Below are positions 41,901-51,684 of a stretch of DNA of 64,000 nt, piece after piece. Made by a program: the position numbers and the translations under genes. Each line of letters begins with the position of its first letter. The stretch's first letter is position 1. Source of the stretch: an uncultured delta proteobacterium (lineage in GTDB: Bacteria; Desulfobacterota; Binatia; UBA9968); the NCBI GenBank assembly GCA_963771465.1, contig CAVYTU010000017.1, positions 960,001-1,024,000 of the forward strand, read 5' to 3'. Below the pieces are notes generated by a model. It had not been told where the DNA came from, ran no database searches, and was given only the letters and a program-made list of their open reading frames with translations.

Positions 41901-43421
41901 GCGAATGGCGCGGCAGGCGCCTACGTCGCCGCTGAACGAAGCGATCTGGTGCGTGTGGCCGTGTCAAATATTGCTTTAACGCCGCCGGTGGAACTGCCTC
42001 TAGGATTTGCCGAACCCATCGCTGACGCAGAGGACGCGGTTAAAAAAATCGTCCAAGGATGGCTTGAAGTGAGCGGTCCGATCACGGCGAACGCTCTCGC
42101 TTTGCGCCTGGGCCTGCCGATCAACAAGGTCAGCGCCGCATTGATCGCGCTCGAAAGCGCCGGAGTCGTCATGCGCGGCCAGTTTAGCAATCGCAGTGCG
42201 AACGCGGACGGAGAAGAATGGTGCGACCGGGTGTTACTCGCGCGCATTCATCGAATGACGTTAGGGCGCATGCGCAAGGAGATCGAACCCGTCACGGCCG
42301 CTGACTTCATGAATTTTCTCATGCACTGGCAACATGTGACGCCGGAGCGGCAGCTGCGCGGCCGCGATGGCATCTTGACGGTCATCGAGCAGTTACAGGG
42401 CTTGGAGCAGCCGGCGCCGGCTTGGGAGCAGCATATCTTGCCGGCGCGCATCGCGCACTACGATCCCGCTGATCTGGAGCATCTCTGCCTCGCCGGCATG
42501 GTGGCATGGGGAAGGTTGCGCACTGAGAACGACACGTCGATGCCGTTGGCACAACTGGGCGGCGTTGCGAAGAAACGTCGCCGCTTGCTGGCGCCGGCGC
42601 GTAACGCGCCCATCGCTTTCCTATTGCGCGAAGAGATCGCTTGGTTCCTGGAATCCACTTCCGTCCGATTCACGGAAATTGCCACGTTGTCGGCGATGGC
42701 GTTGGAAGTGGCGAGCTATCTCGACCGCTCCGGTGCGTCGTTTCTTACCGATATCGCGCGCGGCACCGGACTTTTGAAAGTCAAAGTCGAAGAAGCGCTC
42801 TGGCAATTGGTCGCCCATGGCTTGGCGACGGGGGATGGGATTGCGGGATTGCGAGTGCTGCTAACGCCGCAACACAAGCGTGTCGAACGGCGGCGCGGAT
42901 TGCGGGTGATCTCCGGCGGACGCAGCGCCGAGCGGGCGATGCCGATCGGACGTTGGTCCCTATGGCGCCAGCAAAAAGTCGCCGAGGAGATTAGCGCGGA
43001 GGCGATCGTGGAACGGCGTGGGCGCCAACTGCTCGATCGCTACGGGATCGTCTTCCGCGAGCTGTTGGCGCGCGAATCGAACATGCCGACCTGGCGCAGT
43101 CTGCTGGCTGTCTATCGGCGCCTTGAAGCGCGCGGTGAGATTCGCGGCGGCCGTTTCGTCAACGGTTTTGTCGGTGAACAGTTTGCGCTGCCAACAGCGG
43201 TTGAAACCTTGCGCGCCTTGTGCCGGACGGAAACCAATCCGTCGCCGATTATTCTGTCGGCGGCCGATCCGCTCAATCTTGTGGGAATTATCAGTCCCGG
43301 CGCCCGCTTATCGCACTATTCAAATCAAGCCATCGCTTATCGCGGCGGTGTCCCATTGGAGGTCGGACTGGTGGGTGAGCTGATCAGCCGGCTCCAACTG
43401 CAATCGACTCAAGAAGGCTAA
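38994..43421 (+). CDS. lhr: Lhr-family ATP-dependent helicase (long form with C-terminal winged-helix/glycosylase-like region)
   Basis: APTGSGKT, SPLKAL, TTPESL, DEIH, SATQ, HHGSL, QRVGRSGH, RGGRFV..GEQFALP; exact start uncertain. Confidence 0.95.
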   Translation: MGRSSLNDLFHPLVERWFSERFQEPTPAQAHGWESIAAGKSTLIAAPTGSGKTLAAFLWSIDRLIKRALDGALDERTSVVYVSPLKALGNDIAKNLQTPLAEIYQLAGREGILLPTIRVAVRSGDTPAAERQTMVRRPPHILITTPESLYILLTSVRSREFLRTAETLIVDEIHATAQDKRGAHLSLSLERLDALTGKRLQRIGLSATQKPIDEVARLLVGSRYVAADRTPDCAIVDVGHQREMKLRIEVPDDELGPIIRQDIWAAVYDKLVAEIKAHRTTLIFVNTRRLVERVSHQLTERLGEDKVGAHHGSLSRKSRLAVEEKLKSGAYPVVVATASLELGIDIGHVDVVCHIGSPRNLAVLLQRVGRSGHWHGAIPKGILFPLTRDDLLQSVAAIRAVRQGELDKLIVVKQPRDILAQQMVATVASWDSGANIPVRQGHGRSRFAIAELTAKSAKKSEDEGISEEALWQLMRGAYPYENLSREEFDQILEMLCEGVETRRSRRSAFIHRDRINGMLRPRRGARLTAITNGGAIPDTADYQVIEFPSETFVGTVHEDFAIESLAGDIFLLGNRSWRIRRVASGKVWVEDAKGLPPTIPFWMGEAPARTFELSKAVGELRVAVAEKLTDRCAAAQWLIDQVAMAPAAAEQIVGYVADTIAVLGTVPSQGKLIAERFFDEAGGQQLILHSPWGGRINRAWGLALRKRFCVSFDRELQAAATDDGICISLVEQHSFPLNDVFAMLKPAMVEDHLTQAALDSPMFTNRWRWNATRALALMRFSGGKKVPVALQRMRAEDLLAAVFPEQVMCQDNRTGPVELPDHPLVKETIGDCLHEAMDIDGLTDILTRIENGEIETLAIDTPSPSPMAHEILNANPYAFLDDAPLEERRARAVSLRRVDPWLGREFGQLDVAAIAAVCKQAWPEVRNADELHDFLLGVCLLPVALRPDWRPLAEQLIDNRRATIASWQAANGAAGAYVAAERSDLVRVAVSNIALTPPVELPLGFAEPIADAEDAVKKIVQGWLEVSGPITANALALRLGLPINKVSAALIALESAGVVMRGQFSNRSANADGEEWCDRVLLARIHRMTLGRMRKEIEPVTAADFMNFLMHWQHVTPERQLRGRDGILTVIEQLQGLEQPAPAWEQHILPARIAHYDPADLEHLCLAGMVAWGRLRTENDTSMPLAQLGGVAKKRRRLLAPARNAPIAFLLREEIAWFLESTSVRFTEIATLSAMALEVASYLDRSGASFLTDIARGTGLLKVKVEEALWQLVAHGLATGDGIAGLRVLLTPQHKRVERRRGLRVISGGRSAERAMPIGRWSLWRQQKVAEEISAEAIVERRGRQLLDRYGIVFRELLARESNMPTWRSLLAVYRRLEARGEIRGGRFVNGFVGEQFALPTAVETLRALCRTETNPSPIILSAADPLNLVGIISPGARLSHYSNQAIAYRGGVPLEVGLVGELISRLQLQSTQEG

Positions 43422-43532
43422 TCAGACGGGAGATGGCCCCGATTAGTTATCCAGTGGATTTGACGAACCTTCACACTGCTGGAAAGGAATCAGCGGTTAT
43501 CCTAACTCGCCGGTATTGGCGGGAACGCTTCG

Positions 43533-43844
43533 CTAATTCTGCCGTTCACTTGCCGGCATTTGCCGCGCCATACCGTTTCCCGGTTTGTGCATGGGCGAAG
43601 ACAGCACCTCTTTGAGAACGCGAATTTCGACGACATCTTCCTGAAGCCGCGTCAGACCTTCCTTGGCGCGGTGGATTTCGGCGAGCATGGAATCGATCTC
43701 GCCGATGGAAATGGTTTCCAAGGCTTCGCGAATCTTGCGGTTCATGCCGAAAAGATTCTGCACGCCGCCTTTATCGGAAATTTTGTTGTCTAGTTCAACG
43801 TATACTCGGGTAACGCCTTCCATCTGGCTCTTAACATCGTCCAC
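43533..43844 (-). CDS. Hypothetical helical protein (103 aa)
   Basis: GAGGAGG RBS before GTG; amphipathic helical sequence. Confidence 0.75.
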   Translation of the reverse strand: MDDVKSQMEGVTRVYVELDNKISDKGGVQNLFGMNRKIREALETISIGEIDSMLAEIHRAKEGLTRLQEDVVEIRVLKEVLSSPMHKPGNGMARQMPASERQN

Positions 43845-44029
43845 AGTAAATCCTCCTCATACACTTGCGGTAAATTTTTTGTTGATGTAACTACGTAAAA
43901 TCATATACCCGTCGAGAAAACAAGCACGCGAATCTTCGCAAAATTATTTTTGAACAAGTCAGGAAAGTTAGCGCGACAAATGCAGCAGCTGGTTTGATTG
44001 TGCGAAAAAAAAGTTTGAGGTGAATCGCA

Positions 44030-46255
44030 ATGGCCGAGATTCGCAGCGTCGGCATTCCCAGTCCAAGAGTCGAAGGCGAGCAGAAAGTCGCGGGCGCAGC
44101 GGTGTACGCCGTCGATGTCAAGCTGGGCGATATGTTGTGCGCCAAAGTGTTGCGCAGTCCCATGGCGCACGCGCGCATCAGGTCGATCGACGTCAACAAA
44201 GCCGCGGCGCTGCCCGGAGTGAAAGCGATTTTGACCGGTAAAGATCTCGCGGGTGCCAAGATCGGTAAAAAGATCATCGACATGCCGCTCCTCGCCGAGG
44301 ATGTCGTGCGCTTCGCCGGCGAAAAAGTCGCCGTGGTAGCCGCCGAGAGCGTGGCGATCGCGGCAGCCGCACTGGATTTGATCGATGTGGAGTATGAACA
44401 GTTGCCGGTGGTTACCGATCCGCTCGAAGCGCTGCAGGCCCATGCGCCGCTGATTCATCCAAACGTCGGCGAGTACAAGGGACTGCTGCATAAGATCGAC
44501 ACGCCGAGCAACGTCTTTGTTCATCTGACTTGGAAAAAGGGCGCGGTGGAAGAAGGTTTTCGCCAATCCGATATCGTGGTGGAGAATACTTTTACCGTGC
44601 CGGCGATCCACCAGGCCTACATCGAGCCCCATTCATCTCTGGTGCGTCTCAATGCCGATGGCAGCGCGGACATCTGGTCGTCCAACAAGAGTCCGTTCGG
44701 CATGCGCGATGCGGTCGCCAACGCGTTACGAATCGCGCCGACAAGCTTAACCATGCATCCGTGCTACGTCGGCGGCGACTTTGGTGGCAAAGGGGACGGC
44801 AACGATGTCGCGCTATGCTACGCGCTCGCGCGCAAGACCGGCCGGCCGGTAAAGCTGACAGTCGACTACACAGAGGAACTGATGGCGGGTAATCCACGCC
44901 ACGGCGCTGTGATCAAGATCAAAACCGGGGTTAAGAAAAACGGCCTCATGATCGCCGAGCATATCGAGTTCGTATTCGACAGCGGCGCCTACGGCGCCTA
45001 TCGGCCGCAGGGATACTTGGTCGGCGCCCACGACGCGCCGGGACCCTATCGCGTGGCCAATTGTCTGGTCGAGGAAAAATACGTCTACACCAACAAGATG
45101 CCCGCCGGTTATATGCGCGCGCCGGGCCATTTGCAGGCTTTTTTCGCCTCCGAGAGCCAGGCCGATTTGGTCGCTAGACGCTTAGCTATGGAGCCAGCGG
45201 AGTTTCGCCGCATGAACTTCATGCATGACGGCGACGCCTCGCCGCTTGGAGAAGTGATTCCCCATGTCAAAGCGAGCGAAACTTTAAGCCGCGCGTTGGA
45301 CGCTGCCGGATTCACCGGCGCCAAGGGAAAAAATATCGGCCGTGGTTGCGCGATCGCCGATTGGGTATCAAAAGGCGGCGAATCCTACGCCATCATCAAG
45401 GTCGACGAGCGCGGCAAGGTAACGCTGTCATCGGCGGTAACCGACACCGGGCCGGGAGTTTTCACCATGATGCGCCAGATCGTCGGTGAAGAGCTCAGTG
45501 TACCCCTCGACGCGATCGCCGTGGAAATGTTGGACTCCAACCAAGTCGTCAAAGACACGGGTGTGCGCGGCAGCAGCAGCACGCGAGTGCACGGCGGCTC
45601 GGCGCTCGATGCCTCGCGCAGAATGCGCGACGAGATTCTCAAGATCGCGGCCCAAGCGATGGACGCCAGGCCGGACGAATTGCTGCTCTTCGATGGCGGG
45701 GTGACCCATGGGCGAGCCGAGCGGCGCATGACCTACGGCGAAATCGCCCGCGCCCATGGCCAACCGATCGTCGTTGAAGGTCACTACCTCAATATGGCCG
45801 ACGGGCCGGAGGCTTCGTTGGTGGCACAGGTGGCCGAGGTTGAAGTCGACAGGGAAACCGGCGAAGTGCGGGTCACCAAGCTCACCACGGCGCATAACAC
45901 TGGGACGATCTTGAATCCGCTGACGCATCAAGGCCAGATCGACGGCGCGGTGATGATGGGATTCGGTTACGGTGTGATGGAAAATCTCGCCTATGACGAA
46001 AGCGGTAAAGTGCTCGCGGCCAATTTGGGCGAGTACAAAATCCCTAATATCAAGGATATCCCTGCGCTTAAAACTACGATCCTGCAATCCGATTTCGGCA
46101 GCGGGCCGTATAACAGCATGAGCATCGGCGAGACCGCGTTAATTCCCACCGCCGCGGCGATCGCCAACGCGGTCGACGACGCGGTCGGCGTTCGTATCAA
46201 GTCGCTGCCGATCACCGCCGAAAAAGTTTTGAGCGCGCTGAAGGCGCTGGCCTAA
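44030..46255 (+). CDS. Xanthine dehydrogenase/CoxL family molybdopterin-binding subunit
   Basis: RSPMAHARI, QAYIEP, VGGDFGGK, MRAPG, GQIDG, IGE C-terminal Glu. Confidence 0.93.
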   Translation: MAEIRSVGIPSPRVEGEQKVAGAAVYAVDVKLGDMLCAKVLRSPMAHARIRSIDVNKAAALPGVKAILTGKDLAGAKIGKKIIDMPLLAEDVVRFAGEKVAVVAAESVAIAAAALDLIDVEYEQLPVVTDPLEALQAHAPLIHPNVGEYKGLLHKIDTPSNVFVHLTWKKGAVEEGFRQSDIVVENTFTVPAIHQAYIEPHSSLVRLNADGSADIWSSNKSPFGMRDAVANALRIAPTSLTMHPCYVGGDFGGKGDGNDVALCYALARKTGRPVKLTVDYTEELMAGNPRHGAVIKIKTGVKKNGLMIAEHIEFVFDSGAYGAYRPQGYLVGAHDAPGPYRVANCLVEEKYVYTNKMPAGYMRAPGHLQAFFASESQADLVARRLAMEPAEFRRMNFMHDGDASPLGEVIPHVKASETLSRALDAAGFTGAKGKNIGRGCAIADWVSKGGESYAIIKVDERGKVTLSSAVTDTGPGVFTMMRQIVGEELSVPLDAIAVEMLDSNQVVKDTGVRGSSSTRVHGGSALDASRRMRDEILKIAAQAMDARPDELLLFDGGVTHGRAERRMTYGEIARAHGQPIVVEGHYLNMADGPEASLVAQVAEVEVDRETGEVRVTKLTTAHNTGTILNPLTHQGQIDGAVMMGFGYGVMENLAYDESGKVLAANLGEYKIPNIKDIPALKTTILQSDFGSGPYNSMSIGETALIPTAAAIANAVDDAVGVRIKSLPITAEKVLSALKALA

Positions 46256-46327
46256 GGCGCTCGGTTTGCGTTGTAAGTTTTGGCTTACCGATTCTACGGC
46301 AGCGTGAATGGCTGTGCTATCTTCATC

Positions 46328-46690
46328 ATGAGCATTTTCGATGTCGGCCCGATCCGCCATTTGATCAACGCGACCCGCTATTCGTTTCAAGGGCTGCGGC
46401 ATGCCTGGGTTAACGAGGAATCGTTTCGACTGGAGGTCTGCGTGCTGGTTGTTGCGTTACCGGTGGGTTGGGTTCTCGGCAAGAGCGCGGTGGAACGGGC
46501 GCTGCTGATGGGCAGTTGCTTATTGGTAGTGGTTGTCGAGTTGCTCAATTCCGCTATCGAGGCAGCCGTCGATCGGATCGGCACGGAACATCACGAGATT
46601 TCGGGTCACGCCAAAGACATGGGTTCGGCGGCGGTATTTTGCGCACTCTTGCTCGCCGCCGTGGTTTGGCTATTGGTCCTGTCGGGCTGA
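46328..46690 (+). CDS. dgkA: Diacylglycerol kinase
   Basis: YSFQGL, EESFRLE, ELLNSAIEAAVD, AKDMGSAAV. Confidence 0.94.
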   Translation: MSIFDVGPIRHLINATRYSFQGLRHAWVNEESFRLEVCVLVVALPVGWVLGKSAVERALLMGSCLLVVVVELLNSAIEAAVDRIGTEHHEISGHAKDMGSAAVFCALLLAAVVWLLVLSG

Positions 46691-46885
46691 AATAATTGAT
46701 CAAACGTCGCGGCGGATCGGGTGATGAGGATTGCAGTTCGATCAGATGATAGCAAAATCGTCCTATGAAGGGTTGAAAAGATGCTGCGGGAAAAGGCCGG
46801 CAGATAGCTGTTTGAATCATGTTTGCTGCGCGAGTCAGCAGTGCTCGATAAGTCACTGTGAGAGACGAGAAATCATCAGCAAGTA

Positions 46886-47419
46886 TCACCGCAGCATCGG
46901 TTTTTCTGGATGCAGCCGGTTCCATTCTTCGATGGTCGGCAGCACCTGCATCTTACCGTAGTTGGCTTGGGTGACGTTAAATCTGCCGCCGGTCCATTCG
47001 GCCATGGTACCGTCGCCGCAGTTATTCGGCGCTGGAAATAGTATGGTCGCGACGGTCATGAGATCGTTGAGGCCCAACAAGGTTAGGACAATATCCTTCG
47101 CTCTCTCTCCGGATGTGCCTTCATTGTTCATAATCGCTTCGATGTGATGACATTCATGAGCGAGAACATAGGGGTTGTTAACCGAGAAAGCCGTCATGGT
47201 CGACGGAATGTAACAGCCCAACACAGTCGTAGCGGCTGCACATTCGCGCATCACCGTCGCCTGATCGGCGACGTTGACCGACCAGCCGCGATAAATAAAG
47301 CCGCGGTTGGGGTCGTGCCACCATAGCGGCGAGGTGCAGGCGGAGATCAGCGCCAAGGCCAAGAGCGGCGCGATATTCTTTACATACCCGATGATTGAAT
47401 TCCACGGTTTGTGCTTCAT
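46886..47419 (-). CDS. Putative lipoprotein with HExxH motif
   Basis: Lipobox LISA|C, LAHECHH, GGAG RBS. Confidence 0.7.
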   Translation of the reverse strand: MKHKPWNSIIGYVKNIAPLLALALISACTSPLWWHDPNRGFIYRGWSVNVADQATVMRECAAATTVLGCYIPSTMTAFSVNNPYVLAHECHHIEAIMNNEGTSGERAKDIVLTLLGLNDLMTVATILFPAPNNCGDGTMAEWTGGRFNVTQANYGKMQVLPTIEEWNRLHPEKPMLR

Positions 47420-47548
47420 TGGGAACTCCTTGTCGACTGCTCCAAATAGTTATCGGCGGTTTGGCGCAAATCTTAGGGCGGTTGGCGAGGTTTGTTGCCG
47501 CTCCTTCGGCCGTGCGCTATGGTGACGCTTAGGAGTTCGTTGAAGGGC

Positions 47549-49294
47549 GTGAAAATACGGGTTTTATCCGATGAGATGGCGAGCCGAATCGCCGCCGGCG
47601 AGGTCGTCGAACGGCCGGCCTCGGTGGTCAAAGAGCTGATCGAAAATTCCCTCGATGCCGGCGCCCAAAAAATTTTTATTTGTATCGAGAAGGCCGGCAG
47701 CGCGCTGATTCGCGTTAGCGACGATGGCGAGGGCATGGCGCCGGCAGACTTAACCTTAGCGATTGAGCGCCATGCGACCAGCAAACTCGCCGACGATGAC
47801 GCACTTTTTCGCATTGCGACTTTGGGATTTCGCGGCGAAGCGCTGCCGAGTATCGGCTCCATCGCGCGCATGGAAATTGTTTCGCGCCAAGCCGGCGCGG
47901 CGACGGGTCAGCTCTTGCGCGTCGATGGCGGGAAGAAAGATGAGTTACGGACCGCGCCGGCAGCGCCGGGTACGACCATCGAGATCAAAGATATTTTTTT
48001 TAACACCCCGGCACGGCGCAAGTTTCTCAAAACGCCGGCGACTGAGTTGAGTCATATTTGCGACGTGGTCAATCGCATGGCGCTGGCATTTCCGGAAGTT
48101 CATTTCCGATTGCAACACGACGGCCGAACCGTCGCCGATTACGTCGCGGTCGGCGATGCCAAGGATCGCTTGTACCAGGTGCTCGGGCGCGACGTGGCCA
48201 AAGGATTGGTTCCGTTCAGTTCGCGGCACGGTGACGGCGAGTTGGCGCTTTCTGGTTATGTGAGCGCGGCGCCGATTTCATTTCCCAACACGCGCTACAT
48301 TTACACCTTCGTCAATCGGCGCTACGTGCGCGACAAGGTTCTCACCCATGCACTCCTACAAGGATACGATACGCTGCTGATGAGGGGACAATACCCGGCA
48401 GTGCTATTGTTGCTGAAGATTCCGTTTGAGGAAGTCGACGTCAACGTCCATCCGGCCAAATACGAGGTGCGCTTTCGGCATCAATCCGATATCCACGAAG
48501 CCGTGTCGCGGGCGGTGCGTCAAGTGCTGCGACAAGAAGCCAGAGAGCCGATGCTTCACCCAAGTTCGCATTCTACGACGCCGTTCTTCAGGGTGGGTGA
48601 GGCACCCGTGCCTTACGCGATTGCGCCGACCTCGCGCTACGATCAACCGACAGGACGTGAAGCGGTTTTCCTCATGCCGGCGCGCACGGAAATGTTTACC
48701 GAGCCGGGCTTTTTCTCATCATTGACCGTTCTCGGGCAAATTCTTGGGTGCTATCTGATCTGTGCTTCGCAGCAAGGATTGGCGCTGCTCGATCAACACG
48801 CGGCGCACGAAAGGGTTGCCTTCGAGAAGCTGCGCCGCCAGCTCGATGCCGGGCAGGTGGCCCAGCAAAGTCTGTTGATCCCGCAGTCGGTGGAACTTAG
48901 CGCCGGCGAGATGATGCTCGTGGAGCACAAGCGCGATGTGCTCGAAAGTTTCGGCTTTACCTTGGAGCCGTTCGGTCCCAACGCCTATGCGATCATTGCA
49001 GCGCCGGCGTTGCTGCCGGAAGGAGATTACACTCAAACAGTGCGCCAGATGGTCGCCGAGCTGGCCGACGTGGATACCTCGGCGAAACTCCGCCAGCATC
49101 TCGAAGAGCGGCTGGCGACCATCGCTTGTCATAGCGTGATTCGTGCCAATCGTAAATTAGAAATCGACGAGATGCGCGCGCTACTGCGCGAACTCGATGA
49201 GATCGAGTTCGCCACCCAATGTCCTCACGGCCGGCCGGTGTTGCTGGAGTTTAGCCGCGATGAGCTCGAGCGCATGTTCAAGCGCGTAGTGTAA
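47549..49294 (+). CDS. mutL: DNA mismatch repair endonuclease MutL
   Basis: IAAGEVVERP, GFRGEAL, VDVNVHP, DQHAAHER, ACH, CPHGRP. Confidence 0.97.
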   Translation: MKIRVLSDEMASRIAAGEVVERPASVVKELIENSLDAGAQKIFICIEKAGSALIRVSDDGEGMAPADLTLAIERHATSKLADDDALFRIATLGFRGEALPSIGSIARMEIVSRQAGAATGQLLRVDGGKKDELRTAPAAPGTTIEIKDIFFNTPARRKFLKTPATELSHICDVVNRMALAFPEVHFRLQHDGRTVADYVAVGDAKDRLYQVLGRDVAKGLVPFSSRHGDGELALSGYVSAAPISFPNTRYIYTFVNRRYVRDKVLTHALLQGYDTLLMRGQYPAVLLLLKIPFEEVDVNVHPAKYEVRFRHQSDIHEAVSRAVRQVLRQEAREPMLHPSSHSTTPFFRVGEAPVPYAIAPTSRYDQPTGREAVFLMPARTEMFTEPGFFSSLTVLGQILGCYLICASQQGLALLDQHAAHERVAFEKLRRQLDAGQVAQQSLLIPQSVELSAGEMMLVEHKRDVLESFGFTLEPFGPNAYAIIAAPALLPEGDYTQTVRQMVAELADVDTSAKLRQHLEERLATIACHSVIRANRKLEIDEMRALLRELDEIEFATQCPHGRPVLLEFSRDELERMFKRVV

Positions 49295-49324
49295 TCCTTT
49301 CCTGCCATTCTCCGATTAAATTGC

Positions 49325-50242
49325 ATGAAGCCCAAGCTCGTCATTCTTCTTGGTCCGACTGCGGTGGGCAAAAGCGAGCTTGCGTTGGAATTGGCGGATA
49401 AAATTAATGGCGCCATCGTCAACGTCGACTCGCAGCAGGTGTATCGCTATCTCGACATTGGCACCGGCAAGCCTTCTAAAGCGGAACGCGAGCGGGTGGC
49501 ACACTTCATGATCGATGTCGTCGATCCCGATGAAGAATTTAACGCGGCGCTCTATCGACGGCTCGCTAGTGAGTGCATTGCACAGATTCACCGCCGCAAT
49601 CAGAACGCCATCGTGTGCGGCGGCACGGGACTTTATCTCAAAGCGCTGACCAAGGGGCTGTTCGAAGGGCCTGGCCAAAATAGCGAGATGCGCCAAGTCT
49701 TGGAGCAGCGGATCGAGACCGAAGGACTCGCGTCGCTTTATCGCGAGCTTTTACAGATCGATGCGAGCGTCGCTGCGACGCTTCATCCTAACGATCGCCT
49801 GCGTACGATACGCGCTTTGGAAGTTTATCACTCGACGGGCAAACGGTTGAGCGACTGGCAGAAGGAGCATGCTTTCCACGAGCAACCTTTCGATCTACTC
49901 AAGATCGGTTTGAATCGCGAGCGCGGCGAACTATATGATCTGATCAATCGCCGCAGCGAGCGCATGGTCGAGGCTGGATTTCTCGACGAAGTGCGAGGTT
50001 TGGTGACTAAGGGATATAGCTTGTCACTAAAACCGCTTTCGAGCGTTGGCTATCGTCAGATGGGACAGGTAATGCGGGGACTGCAAGATTTGCCCGCTGC
50101 GCTGGAGGAAATGAAACAGGAAACCCGCCGCCTCGCCAAGCGCCAGCTCACCTGGTTTCGCGCCGATGGGGAAGTTCGCTGGTTTCATCCAGAGCAGAGA
50201 TCGGCAATCATCGACGCAGCGAAGAATTTCCTTTCAAACTAG
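49325..50242 (+). CDS. miaA: tRNA dimethylallyltransferase
   Basis: GPTAVGKS, DSQQVY, GGTGLY, AKRQLTWF; follows mutL. Confidence 0.97.
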   Translation: MKPKLVILLGPTAVGKSELALELADKINGAIVNVDSQQVYRYLDIGTGKPSKAERERVAHFMIDVVDPDEEFNAALYRRLASECIAQIHRRNQNAIVCGGTGLYLKALTKGLFEGPGQNSEMRQVLEQRIETEGLASLYRELLQIDASVAATLHPNDRLRTIRALEVYHSTGKRLSDWQKEHAFHEQPFDLLKIGLNRERGELYDLINRRSERMVEAGFLDEVRGLVTKGYSLSLKPLSSVGYRQMGQVMRGLQDLPAALEEMKQETRRLAKRQLTWFRADGEVRWFHPEQRSAIIDAAKNFLSN

Positions 50243-50250
50243 GGGCCTCC

Positions 50251-51660
50251 ATGAACTTAAAGCGATCGTTAAGCTATTTGATTGTCCTGCTGGCTTGGAT
50301 TGCCGTAATTTCGAAGAGTTATGCGGCAGAAGCTAAGCTTGATTGGACGGCGCTGGAAGACGAAGCTGTGACATTACTTAGCCGTTACATTCAAGTCGAC
50401 ACGACCAACCCCCCCGGTGATGAACTGAAAGCGGCTCAGTTTCTCAAAGCGATTTTGGAGCGCGATGGCATCGAAGCGCGGGTTATCGAGTCGGCGCCGG
50501 GACGGGCAAATATTTACGCCCGGCTTAAAGGTAACGGAGCGAAGAAAGCCATCGTGTTAATGCATCACATGGATGTGGTTCCGGCTGAAGCGAAGCAGTG
50601 GAAAGAGCCGCCCTTCAGCGGCGCGATCAAAGACGGCGTGATCTGGGGGCGTGGCGCAATCGACAACAAGGGCGGCGGCGTAATGGGGCTGATGACGCTG
50701 CTCGCACTCAAGCGCCAAAACGTTCAGCTCAAGGGTGATGTCATTTTTCTCGGTACGGCGGACGAGGAAGCCGGCGGCGTGCTCGGCGCCGGCTTCCTGT
50801 TGGAGAAACATCCGGAGCTATTCAAAGACGTCAGCGTCGTTTTGAACGAAGGCGGCGGCATTCGTCTCGGCGAGGATGGCCGCGCGCGCCTGTACAGCGT
50901 CGGCGTGGCGGAAAAAGTTCCGCTTTGGTTGAAGTTGACAGCTGCCGGCAGCCCCGGCCACGGCGCGTCGCCGGGAGACAATCAGGCCGTGCTCAAGCTA
51001 ATTGCGGCTCTGGCTCGCATCGCGACTTATCAGAGCCCGATCAAAGTCGTGCCGGAGGTGCAGAAGTTTTACGCCGATAGCGCGGCGGCAGCGCCGGCAA
51101 ACCGGCGCCAACAATATTCAGATTTGCGCAAAGCGTTGCAGGATCCGGTCTTCGCCGCCGAGTTTCTCAAAGACCGCAGCAACAATGCCCGCGTGCGTAA
51201 TACGATTTCGATCACCGGCATCAAGGGTTCGGATAAGATCAATGTGATTCCCGCTGAAGCTTCGGCGGAAATTGACGTGCGCTTGTTGCCGGGCGAGGAA
51301 CCGCAGGCTTTTATCAATGAAATGCGGCGTATAGTTAGTGACGATTCAATCAAGATCGAAATTCTGCTCTCGCGCGCAGCGGCGACGTCGCCGCCAAGTC
51401 CCGACGCCCTAAGGGTCATCGGGGAGTATGCTCAAGCTAGCGATCCCGGCGCCACGGTAATGTTTACGATGGGAAGCGGTTTCACCGATTGCCATTTTTT
51501 CCGCGCCAAGGGCATCCCGTGCCTCGGTTTTCTGCCTCGGCGCAGCCGCCCGAGCGAAGAAGGCATGGTCCACGGCATCAATGAGCGAGTGTCGGTGCAA
51601 AGTGTCAAGTCCGACGTTCGCGCGATGTATGAGCTCGTGCACAAGTTGGCTGCGGAATGA
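50251..51660 (+). CDS. Secreted M20/M25/M40 metallo-hydrolase
   Basis: Signal peptide (SYA-A), HMDVV, GRGAIDNK, DEE, HGINE. Confidence 0.92.
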   Translation: MNLKRSLSYLIVLLAWIAVISKSYAAEAKLDWTALEDEAVTLLSRYIQVDTTNPPGDELKAAQFLKAILERDGIEARVIESAPGRANIYARLKGNGAKKAIVLMHHMDVVPAEAKQWKEPPFSGAIKDGVIWGRGAIDNKGGGVMGLMTLLALKRQNVQLKGDVIFLGTADEEAGGVLGAGFLLEKHPELFKDVSVVLNEGGGIRLGEDGRARLYSVGVAEKVPLWLKLTAAGSPGHGASPGDNQAVLKLIAALARIATYQSPIKVVPEVQKFYADSAAAAPANRRQQYSDLRKALQDPVFAAEFLKDRSNNARVRNTISITGIKGSDKINVIPAEASAEIDVRLLPGEEPQAFINEMRRIVSDDSIKIEILLSRAAATSPPSPDALRVIGEYAQASDPGATVMFTMGSGFTDCHFFRAKGIPCLGFLPRRSRPSEEGMVHGINERVSVQSVKSDVRAMYELVHKLAAE

Positions 51661-51684
51661 TAATAGAAGAAAAGCTTTGTCACG

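Noticed and set aside
43422-43532. Possible sRNA or riboswitch between convergent lhr and the small ORF
   Set aside because: Only weak pairing, no recognisable Rfam-like motif.
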